Virus record (IMG/VR): IMGVR_UViG_3300013800_000006
Coordinates: 1-64,000 of that record
Strand: one strand, 5' to 3'
Source: a virus
Taxonomy: Duplodnaviria > Caudoviricetes
DNA: 64,000 nt
Of the stretch, positions 38,297 to 47,473 are shown in pieces (positions within the stretch are counted from its first letter, which is position 1; every line of letters begins with the position of its first letter). The notes beneath the pieces are model-generated. The model was not told where the DNA came from, ran no database searches, and worked only from the letters and a program-made list of their open reading frames with translations. The position numbers were made by a program, and so were the translations under genes.

Positions 38297-38924
38297 CCAC
38301 TAATTCCTTATCATCCAAAAATTGTGCTTCACACCAACCTTCAGTGGTTAAAAACAAATGATCTTCAGTACAAATAATTGTTTCCCCGTTTTCCAGAGTA
38401 ATTTTAACTAAAGATTTTGGTGGATTAACTATAACAGCTTGTACCTCCGAATGAATAAAACTTTTAGTGAGTTCATCAAAAGATACAACTAAATCACCTG
38501 CTTCTAGTAACTCAATAGGCTTAAAAGAACCATCTGCCATCCCAACTAACGTGCCTTTTACAAAACATCCTTGTAGCAAGAGCCAGAGTGCATCCACAGC
38601 ATCAAATACTGTTTTAACCGATGTAAAGCTGCAATTAAAATTGCAGCTTTCTCGTGTTCGGGCTACTTCAGTACCCCCCAACCACAAAGAACGACCTGAA
38701 GGAAATGCAGCTCGATTTAAAATTAATTCTCGTAACTCAGCTAGTTCGGCTAGTTCTTCATTACTCAAATTCATCCCTTTAGCCCGTTCCCATAACCAAG
38801 CTTGGTGCCTGAGCACCCGTGCAACTGTTTGAGGCCATGTTTCAAACTCAGTCGCCATTTCATTTAAAGGACGACTGTAACTACGCCGATAAACCAATTG
38901 TGAGCGTGTAGACCATTCATTCAT
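38289..38924 (-). CDS. nrdJ: Class II ribonucleotide reductase, N-terminal gene: 119-aa extein + IntN
   Basis: VYRRSYSRP...ETWPQTVARV...PSGRSLWLGG...NFNCSF...WLLLQG| then intein N-block. Confidence 0.92.
   Translation of the reverse strand: MNEWSTRSQLVYRRSYSRPLNEMATEFETWPQTVARVLRHQAWLWERAKGMNLSNEELAELAELRELILNRAAFPSGRSLWLGGTEVARTRESCNFNCSFTSVKTVFDAVDALWLLLQGCFVKGTLVGMADGSFKPIELLEAGDLVVSFDELTKSFIHSEVQAVIVNPPKSLVKITLENGETIICTEDHLFLTTEGWCEAQFLDDKELVDG
38292..38567 (-). mobile_element. N-terminal half (IntN, 92 aa) of a naturally split intein
   Basis: CFVKGTLVGMADGSFKPIE...block B CTEDHLFLT...GW, then stop. Confidence 0.88.
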
Positions 38925-38949
38925 TTTTTCTTCTCCAATTTATAAATTA

Positions 38950-39414
38950 TCAATTAAAACCGTTGGAACCCCAACCCCCAATACGATCTACATCACGAGT
39001 CAATTCATCCACAACAGACCAGACAACTCGTAACACTGGAACCAATACGGCTTGGCATACAAAATCACCTCTACGAAATGTTAAAGGTACTTCAGATGTA
39101 TTCCACCCACTTACACCTACCTCTTGTTGATAATCACTATCAATAAGTCCTACCAAATTGCCCAATACAAAGCCTTTTTTATGCCCCAAACCGCTTTTTG
39201 GAATTAAAAGCCAGGCTAGATTTGAATCATTAATGTCAATACACAAACCCGTGGGAATTAATACTCGACTTTGTGGCTCAATTATGATAGAATCAGGAAT
39301 ACACGCCCGGAGGTCCATACCGGCTGATTCTTCAGTCGCATATTTGGGCAAACCATATTGCTTAAAAAATTCTTCATCCAATAACTTTACATTAACTTCT
39401 TTTGAACGTGGCAT
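38950..39414 (-). CDS. dut: dUTPase (trimeric type)
   Basis: SAGMDLRA, PKSGLG, GLIDSDY, GGWGSNG motifs. Confidence 0.92.
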   Translation of the reverse strand: MPRSKEVNVKLLDEEFFKQYGLPKYATEESAGMDLRACIPDSIIIEPQSRVLIPTGLCIDINDSNLAWLLIPKSGLGHKKGFVLGNLVGLIDSDYQQEVGVSGWNTSEVPLTFRRGDFVCQAVLVPVLRVVWSVVDELTRDVDRIGGWGSNGFN

Positions 39415-39444
39415 ACTTCTTAATCTCCAAAAAAGCAAAAAAAA

Positions 39445-41301
39445 TTAGTGAGTGAGTAATTTAACTGATTTTGGCTCTCTCACTACCGTATATTGACCCG
39501 AAAATTGAGATGTGTCTAAGTTTCGATGGTCAATTAAAAAAATCAAGCGGCCTGTAGTTAAAGCCCTATCTCTTAATGAAGATACTAAATCAGACACCCC
39601 ACGTTGACTCAAAAATTGAGAAGGTTCATCAAATATTTCCATACCAGGAGACATGCCAAAACATGTCAAAATTAAATCTGCCATACCCAAAGCACCCGCT
39701 AATCGTAATCTTTGAGTTTCTCCACCGCTCCAAGCTTCCCATGGCACTGGAGATGTTACTGTGGGTGCATGAATCATAACCGTAAAACTTTTTTTAGTTT
39801 TTCCAGTCTTAGTAGTAGCTTCACTTGCAAATTCTATCTTCCAACCATGCAATCCAAACTGGTATAGATAGTTATTCACTTCTAATTCCAATTGAGCCAG
39901 CACATCATTAATCAACATCAATTTTACTTCTTTAAAACCGGCAATCCAAAACCGTGTATGTTCTACTTGACTTTGCAATTCCACTATTTTTCCTTGGAAT
40001 TGGATAATTTTCTTACTTAATTCCTTTTTATCTAACTCTAACTTCGCTTTTTGGTCAATAAATGGATTCGGTTTCGTTTGCCACTGAGTCAAATCACGAT
40101 TAAATCGACTAATTTGGTCTTTATTAGACAACAAACTATGTTTGATCACCGAAATATCACGAGTAACTACTGAAAGTTCACTTTTTATACCTTCAACTAC
40201 ATTTTGAGTCTCTATAACATCATTTGCTCTTATATCCGCTTCCGCTTTAACATGCTGATATTGTAATTTTAATCCATCTAATGCCTTTGAAATATCACCT
40301 AAGCGTGTCGTATGTCGTTGTTGTTCCGTTTTTAAGTGCAGTCCATCAATAACCTGCTTACAAACGGTACAAATATCACCTAATTTACTCAAACGAGTCA
40401 GCTCTTGTTGAATGGAAGCTGCTTCAGATGATAAAGATGTTGATTGACTACTCAACTTCACCATTTCAGCCGCAATTTCCGCTTGTAAATTCTTAAACTC
40501 ACTAAAAATGGCAGAAGCTTCAGTTAAAGATGCTTGTAATTCAGCCTCTTTAGTGACTAGTTTTCGTCCTTTAAGCTGAAATTCGGCTTTTTTGTTGTCT
40601 AAATCCCTAAGATTTAGCTTAATTAAGTCAATTTCATCTTGTCTGGATTGTTCCCACTCATCAATTTTAAGCTCTGTTTGCTCAATCACACCCATAATAG
40701 CCGAAACTCGACCTTTAATTTCAGCCGACTGCTGCAATTTTTTATTAATTTCTTGTTCAATAGCCTCTACTTTACGTTTAGCAGCACCACTCGCTTGATC
40801 CCACACTTCCAATGGGAGAACACTTTCCATTATCTCAGCTTTTTCTGATGGTTTTAAATCAAAAAACATCGAAGTAAATTGTGCAAAGACGACAGAAAAG
40901 CAAAAAGCATCATAATCTAAGCCCAACTGTTGATTAATCTCAGTTTGGACAGTCACTTGGAATGGCTTTTGATCAATCGAAAGTTGTAAAGAGTTAGGAT
41001 TTTGAGTTCGGCGGATGCAATAGGTTTTATCTTTAACCCGAAATGTAAATTCGACTTTACAAGATTTAGCAGACCAATTAACAATGTCACTAGCTTTCAA
41101 CCCGCGTGGGGTTTTTCCATACAAACACCATACCGGAGCATCACAAAACAATGTAGATTTACCACACGCATTCCCTTCTAATTCTGGATGAGCATCATTC
41201 CGACCTGCAACAAAATACAACCCTTGTTCTTTTGGAAACTCAAATTCAAAGTAAGGAAACGTTTTAAAGTTTTCTACTCGTAACGAAATAGGCTGTAACA
41301 T
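39445..41301 (-). CDS. SbcC/Rad50/T4 gp46-like recombination ATPase
   Basis: Walker A NACGKST, long coiled coil with CTVC zinc hook, signature SGGE, Walker B IFDEP, LIDH. Confidence 0.9.
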   Translation of the reverse strand: MLQPISLRVENFKTFPYFEFEFPKEQGLYFVAGRNDAHPELEGNACGKSTLFCDAPVWCLYGKTPRGLKASDIVNWSAKSCKVEFTFRVKDKTYCIRRTQNPNSLQLSIDQKPFQVTVQTEINQQLGLDYDAFCFSVVFAQFTSMFFDLKPSEKAEIMESVLPLEVWDQASGAAKRKVEAIEQEINKKLQQSAEIKGRVSAIMGVIEQTELKIDEWEQSRQDEIDLIKLNLRDLDNKKAEFQLKGRKLVTKEAELQASLTEASAIFSEFKNLQAEIAAEMVKLSSQSTSLSSEAASIQQELTRLSKLGDICTVCKQVIDGLHLKTEQQRHTTRLGDISKALDGLKLQYQHVKAEADIRANDVIETQNVVEGIKSELSVVTRDISVIKHSLLSNKDQISRFNRDLTQWQTKPNPFIDQKAKLELDKKELSKKIIQFQGKIVELQSQVEHTRFWIAGFKEVKLMLINDVLAQLELEVNNYLYQFGLHGWKIEFASEATTKTGKTKKSFTVMIHAPTVTSPVPWEAWSGGETQRLRLAGALGMADLILTCFGMSPGMEIFDEPSQFLSQRGVSDLVSSLRDRALTTGRLIFLIDHRNLDTSQFSGQYTVVREPKSVKLLTH

Positions 41302-41616
41302 TTACCATTTCCCTTCTGGGCAGTTAGAAGCACGTAGCTTGAGTTTACTGGCTAAAGGACAACCGCATTGACTGCATTTACGGAATTTAATACTCAAAGG
41401 ATACATTGACCCTTCAACATTAAATTCACAAGCATCACAAATTTCTCGCCGCTGCTTGACCAACTCATCATGAGGCATAGCGAGTCTAGCCAAACGCAAA
41501 GGTGGTTCTGGTTTTACAACAGGTGACGGAGGTGACTCAGCAACTTGAATTGGTAATTGAGCTTGTGCTGCTTGAAACCTGGATAAAATTTTAAAATTCA
41601 CGGCAGTACTCCACAC
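41302..41616 (-). CDS. Small Cys-rich (zinc-binding) phage protein
   Basis: RREICDAC...CSQCGC...CPEGKW pattern. Confidence 0.65.
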   Translation of the reverse strand: MWSTAVNFKILSRFQAAQAQLPIQVAESPPSPVVKPEPPLRLARLAMPHDELVKQRREICDACEFNVEGSMYPLSIKFRKCSQCGCPLASKLKLRASNCPEGKW

Positions 41617-42620
41617 AATTGAGTCAACATAGAATTACATAGTCCTTTAACATCATCCCCACTTAAATCACCAGGGTCCGATACATGAGATGGACAGTTC
41701 CAATCGACAACTGAATCCAGCCCAGTCCAATCCATTTGAGATACAAAAGAACACTGATCTACAAATTCATCACGATCAAACATGACAACAATTCGATCAA
41801 ATAAATTCGTGAGTTCACCTAAACAACCTAATTGATTATGAGTTGCTTTCTTATTAAATAAACATGTAGCTCTTATACCTAACGAAGCTCCATAAAAATC
41901 CATTTTCATAGCATCAAATGGACCTTCATTCACAACAAGTAATCGACCTCCTTTAAATAACTGGGGTTCATTAAACAAACACTCTTTAATACTCATTAAC
42001 GCTCCACGAGTATGATCTAAACTCAAATAGCGTAAATGGGTATCTTTATGAATACTCCTACCCGTCCAATTCACTAATCGATTGGCAACATAGTTAGGAA
42101 TCACAATACGATCTTTAAATTGACCACTAATCGCATAATGAAGATTATAACGATAAGCTAATCGACTCACACTTCGCTGACTATAACCACGTTCCATTAA
42201 GTATTGAACGAATCGAAAACTCCTGCGTAATTCAACATCTAATGGAATAATATCATCAGGAAATTCCAGTAATGGTGTAGTAGGAGCTGTGTCATTGGCT
42301 TGAAATGAAACAGCATCAAATGCCGTTTCTTCTATCCAAATGGGCTTCTGACCCAACAGTTGACACGCTTCATAATAATTACACTGCGCTAACACCATAA
42401 TCAATTTATGGAGTGTCTTACCCGAATGATGTCGTTTATTACGCCAACAACTAAATCGCATGTTATCTTCATCAATACCTAAATGGTAGCTAGGATCTGG
42501 AGAACTCGTTTTTGCACAAAAAGGACAGTTAATATTAATCTCACCCCGTTTTACATTCACACCTTTTGTAATATAAGGAATATGATGAGAATGTAAAAAA
42601 GATAAAACATTAAATTTCAT
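41598..42620 (-). CDS. DNA primase-like protein (Zn finger + TOPRIM)
   Basis: INCPFC...HLG...FSCW zinc finger; RIVIP...GRS; VVNEGPFDA and FDRD TOPRIM motifs. Confidence 0.8.
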   Translation of the reverse strand: MKFNVLSFLHSHHIPYITKGVNVKRGEININCPFCAKTSSPDPSYHLGIDEDNMRFSCWRNKRHHSGKTLHKLIMVLAQCNYYEACQLLGQKPIWIEETAFDAVSFQANDTAPTTPLLEFPDDIIPLDVELRRSFRFVQYLMERGYSQRSVSRLAYRYNLHYAISGQFKDRIVIPNYVANRLVNWTGRSIHKDTHLRYLSLDHTRGALMSIKECLFNEPQLFKGGRLLVVNEGPFDAMKMDFYGASLGIRATCLFNKKATHNQLGCLGELTNLFDRIVVMFDRDEFVDQCSFVSQMDWTGLDSVVDWNCPSHVSDPGDLSGDDVKGLCNSMLTQLCGVLP

Positions 42621-43122
42621 CTTCGTCACTATCCTCTTCATTATTTTTAAAGCCATTCCGCAATGCAACAATGACTTCAATAAACAATCCTGATGGAATA
42701 TACCCTGGGAATGCTTGATCCACCAATCCCGGCACCGACTTCGCTTGCCGAATGAAAGAACCTAAGGATATGGGGATTTGACGCAACTGGAGAAATTGGA
42801 TTAATAACTGACCAAACAAATTAAACAGTAATGAGATGTCATTCCGTTGTAATACTGGACTGAAACCACGACACCAATCGAGCAAATAATCCAAAGCACG
42901 GATAATATCTCGTTGTGTTTCAGGTTGCAAAGCCCCTAAATGGGGAGGGACTTTCACATGGAGAGATAAACAATAAATAAAACTTTTGTAAGCGAGTTCA
43001 AGATCAACTGGAAACCGTTTAAGTGACTGTCGATCCATCAATGCCAATGTAAGTCGGTGTAATTCCAAAAGTTGTTCAGGACTGAGTAACCCAACATGAT
43101 ATTTAATGTTCTCAAAATCCAT
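42610..43122 (-). CDS. Hypothetical protein (170 aa)
   Basis: ORF track; stop overlaps primase start. Confidence 0.55.
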   Translation of the reverse strand: MDFENIKYHVGLLSPEQLLELHRLTLALMDRQSLKRFPVDLELAYKSFIYCLSLHVKVPPHLGALQPETQRDIIRALDYLLDWCRGFSPVLQRNDISLLFNLFGQLLIQFLQLRQIPISLGSFIRQAKSVPGLVDQAFPGYIPSGLFIEVIVALRNGFKNNEEDSDEDEI

Positions 43123-43156
43123 TGTATCGTCCTAATGATGTGCTAACTACTTATAC

Positions 43157-43636
43157 CTACTTTTTGAGCACATAAAAGTCCACGGGTTCCATGTTTTTGG
43201 TAACAGGGTATAAATATTGGATAGGATTACAATGATATTTGATTTTAATGGAGATTAAACAAGCACCCGGAAACGCTTGATCCGGCACAATAAACTGTAA
43301 ATCTGATTGAGTTTGATGGCCTAAAAGCCGATTAAAACCACCTAAAAACACATGAACCGTATGCTTCCCGCATTCACCAGTCAACTTCCCTACAGCTTCC
43401 ATAGGACAAGTTCGATATTGATAATAGCGAACTTGAATACTCGCCGTCTCTCCTGGTGCATACCCTGTTTGCGTCATCGCAACATCCGCAAACTCGAATG
43501 GTGAATCTCGATCTAATAACCACAATGTGACCCGCACCAATCCATAAATGGCGAGTATCCCATAAATAGAGTAAAAAAACAAAAGGGTTGGGTACTGCAC
43601 TTTCTTCCAAAGTGTTTTGAGCATAGATGATTTCAC
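43157..43636 (-). CDS. Membrane-anchored protein with Cys-containing soluble domain
   Basis: Hydrophobic LLFFYSIYGILAIYGLVRVTLWLL; four downstream Cys. Confidence 0.6.
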   Translation of the reverse strand: MKSSMLKTLWKKVQYPTLLFFYSIYGILAIYGLVRVTLWLLDRDSPFEFADVAMTQTGYAPGETASIQVRYYQYRTCPMEAVGKLTGECGKHTVHVFLGGFNRLLGHQTQSDLQFIVPDQAFPGACLISIKIKYHCNPIQYLYPVTKNMEPVDFYVLKK

Positions 43637-44055
43637 TTAAAGAAAGCACTCAGCAATTCAGTGGCTCCAATGATCGTGCCAATGGCCGTAAACAACCCAG
43701 CAACGGCCACCAACAATCGTTTTAAGAAACTACTGGCTGCAAAAAAGTTCTTAATTGATTCCAGAGTAGGCTGAAACTGTTTATGATCTTTACTCAGAGC
43801 TTGTACAGTCTGATTCAAATCATACATCGCCATCGTCATCTCATGATTCATCTTCCCTAAATCCATAGCCACCCCACGAAGTTCGGATGACATCTCCTTC
43901 ATCTCACCTTCAGTCTTATGTTCTAATTCTTGCATCCGCTGCTCTAACAGAAACAACCGATCTGCAAAAATTCCATCAATTTGACGAACGGAGTGAGTCA
44001 AATCTACTCTGGGTTCTACCTTCCGTAAACTCCGAGGCTCTTCTGATTCAGCCAT
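43633..44055 (-). CDS. Coiled-coil protein with C-terminal transmembrane helix (holin-like topology, function uncertain)
   Basis: C-terminal LLVAVAGLFTAIGTIIGA. Confidence 0.5.
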   Translation of the reverse strand: MAESEEPRSLRKVEPRVDLTHSVRQIDGIFADRLFLLEQRMQELEHKTEGEMKEMSSELRGVAMDLGKMNHEMTMAMYDLNQTVQALSKDHKQFQPTLESIKNFFAASSFLKRLLVAVAGLFTAIGTIIGATELLSAFFK

Positions 44056-44155
44056 TTTCGCCTCACGCTATACAAGGAATCATTAAAACTCATGATTCCT
44101 GGTATAGGAATCATGAGTTTACTCCTGATATTTTGCCATAAAATCAATCCTAATG

Positions 44156-44626
44156 TCAACGATAATCCAAATAATCTGGGTTGACCACGCTTTTCCCAAC
44201 AGCCTTCCCCCACGCCAACAATTGACCTTCATCGTATCGCACCGGGGGGTTGCGACCTCCACCCAATACCTGTTTAGGTAATCCTAACTTCCTCACCCAG
44301 TGATAGACGGTCATCGTGGTAATATCAAACATTCGACACACTTGCCGAATCGTTAAAAGTGTCCCGTTATGACAGTCTCGCCATTGACTATCATCTACCT
44401 CCATAAACTCAACCCGGTTATGAACCGTTTTCTTCACCTTAGTAGCGAGCACTGCCGCAAGGGGAGGTGCCTTTTCAAAATCCTGATCCTCTAATATCCT
44501 CTGCTCCACCCGGATCGGAGCGGCTGGCTTCTGATTCAAAATCTGTCTCAAATCACGTCTAATCATCATGGCACCTGAATATATTTGTGTACTTGAATAT
44601 TGAGTCGGTATCCAAACGTCTGACAA
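44156..44626 (-). CDS. Helix-turn-helix (excisionase/MerR-like) DNA-binding protein
   Basis: LLTIRQVCRMFDITTMTVYHWVRKLGLP...VRYD. Confidence 0.7.
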   Translation of the reverse strand: MSDVWIPTQYSSTQIYSGAMMIRRDLRQILNQKPAAPIRVEQRILEDQDFEKAPPLAAVLATKVKKTVHNRVEFMEVDDSQWRDCHNGTLLTIRQVCRMFDITTMTVYHWVRKLGLPKQVLGGGRNPPVRYDEGQLLAWGKAVGKSVVNPDYLDYR

Positions 44627-45192
44627 CTATGAATAGCCGCTTTTAAGTTTTCTGCGTAATGATCATCCCAGCAAGGTCCTACCCAAATGTTAGAGTTACG
44701 TGGCTTCGCCACACCTACGGGCAACCCATCGGTATCGACCTTATCTGCTTCTAATACATATTTCCAACAAAAAGCCTTCTCCGAAATAATGGGTTGGACT
44801 TTCCCCGTTTTAGGTGAACATACAATCATACACCGTTCTAAGAATGGAATAATTTGAGGATGACACACGGCACCACTGGTTTCTATCTGAATCTTCCAAT
44901 TAAATCCAAGAGTGTTGATCAACTGACCCACTTGTCCTTGACGTAACGGTTCCCCTCCCGTAATGACCAATAACCGATGACTCAACGCTTGTAAGTGTTC
45001 CACCAATTCGTCACAGTCAACCCGGTCCCCCGATGCGTACTCCGTATCACAAAATCCACAACGCAGTACACAACCGCTCAATCGAAGAAATACAGCCGGG
45101 TATCCGGTTAGTGGACCTTCTCCCTGAATGGTCTCAAATAAAGAATTGACAATCAGACCGTCTTCCATCCCCACAATCGGTTGATTATTCAT
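44566..45192 (-). CDS. queE: 7-carboxy-7-deazaguanine synthase (radical SAM)
   Basis: SLFETIQGEG, AVFLRLSGCVLRCGFCDT (CX3CX2C), VITGGEPL, IETSG, IVCSPK, QVHKY. Confidence 0.9.
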   Translation of the reverse strand: MNNQPIVGMEDGLIVNSLFETIQGEGPLTGYPAVFLRLSGCVLRCGFCDTEYASGDRVDCDELVEHLQALSHRLLVITGGEPLRQGQVGQLINTLGFNWKIQIETSGAVCHPQIIPFLERCMIVCSPKTGKVQPIISEKAFCWKYVLEADKVDTDGLPVGVAKPRNSNIWVGPCWDDHYAENLKAAIHSCQTFGYRLNIQVHKYIQVP

Positions 45193-45677
45193 ATTGAGAC
45201 CTCTGCAGAACTACTCTCAGTTTCTTCCCAGCGTACAGCCACACAAAATAGCCCACTCGGCAACCAGCCGTTCAGCCAAGTCATTAGGCAGATGCTCAAG
45301 TTTTCAGAGGTCGGTTCATTGTCCATCAATACGAGTCCATCTATCACTTCAGCGAATGCTCCGTCTTGTTCAGTTTCAAATAGTTCAAATGGTCCCACCA
45401 GTTTTGATGTGTATGGGGCTTGTTTGAGGAGTAAAGGCACTAATGGATCATGCCGGTCTAAGATCATTTTATGATCTAGTAATTCCAAGCAGGTTTTAAA
45501 GCGTTTGAGATGATTAAAATCTAATACCATTCCATTGACAAGTGACCCGGAACAGCCTACAGAAATGGCAATACGCCCACTGTGTCCGTGTAAATGCCGA
45601 CACTGGCACGGGGGCACTTGCTGATTCCACAAGCGATGCCCGTATACTAGATTAAATACTTTGGTGATAGATAACAT
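45189..45677 (-). CDS. queD: 6-carboxy-5,6,7,8-tetrahydropterin synthase
   Basis: YGHRL, CRHLHGHS, GMVLDF, LDH, PTSENL, EET motifs; GGAG before ATG 45677. Confidence 0.88.
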   Translation of the reverse strand: MLSITKVFNLVYGHRLWNQQVPPCQCRHLHGHSGRIAISVGCSGSLVNGMVLDFNHLKRFKTCLELLDHKMILDRHDPLVPLLLKQAPYTSKLVGPFELFETEQDGAFAEVIDGLVLMDNEPTSENLSICLMTWLNGWLPSGLFCVAVRWEETESSSAEVSI

Positions 45678-45706
45678 CAATGAAAACTCCATGGGTGGAA
45701 GTCGTT

Positions 45707-45735
45707 AGTTTATAATATGTAAAATGGGGTGTCAA
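45707..45735 (-). promoter_or_regulatory. Sigma70-type promoter for the leftward arm
   Basis: Minus strand TTGACA-17 nt-TAAACT, about 30 nt upstream of queD. Confidence 0.7.
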
Positions 45736-45856
45736 GCAAGGCGTTAGTAGAAATATTATAAAAATCTTGGAAATGGAAATGGTGAAATAAAAGAGGCCAT
45801 GACGCCTGCGGCGTCATTCTACCACTCGGTTTAACGGTTGAAGCGAGTACCCCGTG

Positions 45857-46058
45857 TTTGATTTTATGAGAAGTATAGTGATTATAAAGTTAAAGTTATG
45901 GAAGGCGTAGTAGGTGGAAATGAAAATGAAAATGGCACCATTTATTTTAAATCAAACTCAAAATCGAAATCAAACTCAAAATGGAATCCGGCTCTAGTAT
46001 TAAGTATTTGATTTTATGGGAATTATAGTGATTATAAAGTTATGGTTATGGAAGGCGT
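45857..46058 (+). repeat. 52-bp direct repeat x2 (45857..45908, 46007..46058) around hexamer microrepeats
   Basis: 48/52 identity, offset 150 bp; GAAAAT and AAATCG/AAACTC hexamers between the copies. Confidence 0.85.
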
Positions 46059-46484
46059 GGTGAGTTGAGATTGGGAGGAGGGTTTGCAGTATTACTAACC
46101 GTTAGTGTCAGCGATGTTTGAAAAACGTCACCCAGCCGTACCCATACAGTGCATTATTCGATGATCATCGAAGCATGTGATTGATTTTTAAAGTAAATTA
46201 ATCAAACAACATGTGACAATCTTTGTCACTGTAACAATAACGATACATAAAATATTATTCATTAGTACAATCAATCACTTATGTCATTACATAAATATCC
46301 GTGTTATGTAATTACACTATTTAATACGATATGAATTAATGAATTAAAAAACTTTTTAAATTAATTACTCAATAACAACAAACACTTAGCTTAATATTGT
46401 GGTTGCTTAGGTTAAGCAATGGTAAGCTTGGCACTAACACTGCATTATCATACGCAACGCAACACAAGTTAAACTGAAAAGGGG

Positions 46485-46619
46485 ATGGCATTGAAAGCTG
46501 CAATCGTGTTCTGTATTTTAGTTATTACAAGCGTATATGCGATGGATTGTTTTAAAGATATGATGGTTGGCATTGTTGACCACCATCATCAACAAATTGA
46601 ACTGGCAAGCAACCAGTAA
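46485..46619 (+). CDS. Small hydrophobic peptide (44 aa), not in the ORF track
   Basis: MALKAAIVFCILVITSVYAMDCFKDMMVGIVDHHHQQIELASNQ; AAGGGG before ATG; stop abuts the RBS of the next gene. Confidence 0.45.
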   Translation: MALKAAIVFCILVITSVYAMDCFKDMMVGIVDHHHQQIELASNQ

Positions 46620-46630
46620 AGGTGACGACA

Positions 46631-46945
46631 ATGAAACTTAACATAGTGAGTATCTCAAGGCAGTATAATCAGGCGATAACCTTACCGGCTAAAGAGGTTC
46701 GTTATGTCCGAGGGTTGCTTCCGTTAGGGAAAATAGTAGCTTCCCGGCAGGGCTATATCGGTAATACCATGAATGGCTGGAGTGCGTTTGAGGTTATTGT
46801 TAAAGATAAAAACGGGTTGTGGGTTTGTTACCCACAACCAACACAAATAGGTGATTATGCATCATATCGCCTGTTGAGTGACTCACCAGAATTTGTCAAG
46901 AAAACAGCAAGTAATTTGCTTACAATAAGTAAGCAAATTAGATAG
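46631..46945 (+). CDS. Hypothetical early protein
   Basis: AGGTG RBS before ATG 46631; followed by repeat copy 1. Confidence 0.65.
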   Translation: MKLNIVSISRQYNQAITLPAKEVRYVRGLLPLGKIVASRQGYIGNTMNGWSAFEVIVKDKNGLWVCYPQPTQIGDYASYRLLSDSPEFVKKTASNLLTISKQIR

Positions 46946-46951
46946 TAGACA

Positions 46952-47028
46952 AGCCATGGGTGGCTTACCCTATTAGTGCTTATTCTAAGCACTAATAGGA
47001 GCGTACTAGAGTCCGCTTAGTAGACTCT
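46952..47028 (+). repeat. Three-hairpin intergenic element, copy 1
   Basis: AGCC-ATGGGT-GGCT; CCTATTAGTGCTTA-TTC-TAAGCACTAATAGG; AGAGTC-CGCTTAGTA-GACTCT. Confidence 0.95.
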
Positions 47029-47051
47029 AAACAAACTGGGAGTTGAAGAAC

Positions 47052-47468
47052 ATGAGCATGAAACTATACGCATTGTGTCAAAATTCTTACACATTCGGAC
47101 AGACTGGTGTTGGTTGCCATGTGGCGACCAGCGACGAGGAAATCGTGGCATCGGCGACGCTGTGGGATAACAATAGGATATGGGAGGTTTACGAGGAAAA
47201 AGAGAAGTTCATGCGTGTGCTTCAACCCACCCTGCACGTACTGGCTGGTACTCAATGGGTTGCCATGCCCATTGAGCCTACCGTCCATGGGTTCGACGGG
47301 ATGGTAAAAATCCTACGGGATAGGACGCCATCGCAGGCATACATTCAAGCCGGTGAAGGCGTGCGGTTTGTGTTCAGTGATACCGTACCAGTGTTGGCAA
47401 AGGGTCATACTGACTATGACCCGGCAAACCTTAACCACCAGCGCGCCCTATTAGGAGGTAAGGCTTGA
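47052..47468 (+). CDS. Hypothetical early protein (cassette 1)
   Basis: GGGAG RBS; bounded by repeat copies 1 and 2. Confidence 0.65.
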   Translation: MSMKLYALCQNSYTFGQTGVGCHVATSDEEIVASATLWDNNRIWEVYEEKEKFMRVLQPTLHVLAGTQWVAMPIEPTVHGFDGMVKILRDRTPSQAYIQAGEGVRFVFSDTVPVLAKGHTDYDPANLNHQRALLGGKA

Positions 47469-47473
47469 TCTAC

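Noticed and set aside
37848-38567. Single contiguous intein with stop-codon recoding or an alternative genetic code
   Set aside because: IntN and IntC are in different frames, three frame changes would be needed, IntC has its own ribosome site, and all other genes read normally in the standard code
43157-44055. Holin/spanin lysis cassette
   Set aside because: Membrane topology is suggestive, but no endolysin is adjacent and no lipobox-bearing o-spanin was found; left as membrane proteins of unknown function
2224-45474. Numerous plus-strand ORFs of 60-212 aa in the track (e.g. 10210..10821, 17856..18215, 23122..23760, 38467..38832)
   Set aside because: They are antisense shadows of well-supported minus-strand genes, with no ribosome sites or recognisable motifs
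45688-45699. TCC-ATGGGT-GGA as a sixth copy of hairpin 1
   Set aside because: Only a 3-bp stem, it lies antisense to the queD leader, and the other two hairpins are absent; likely chance
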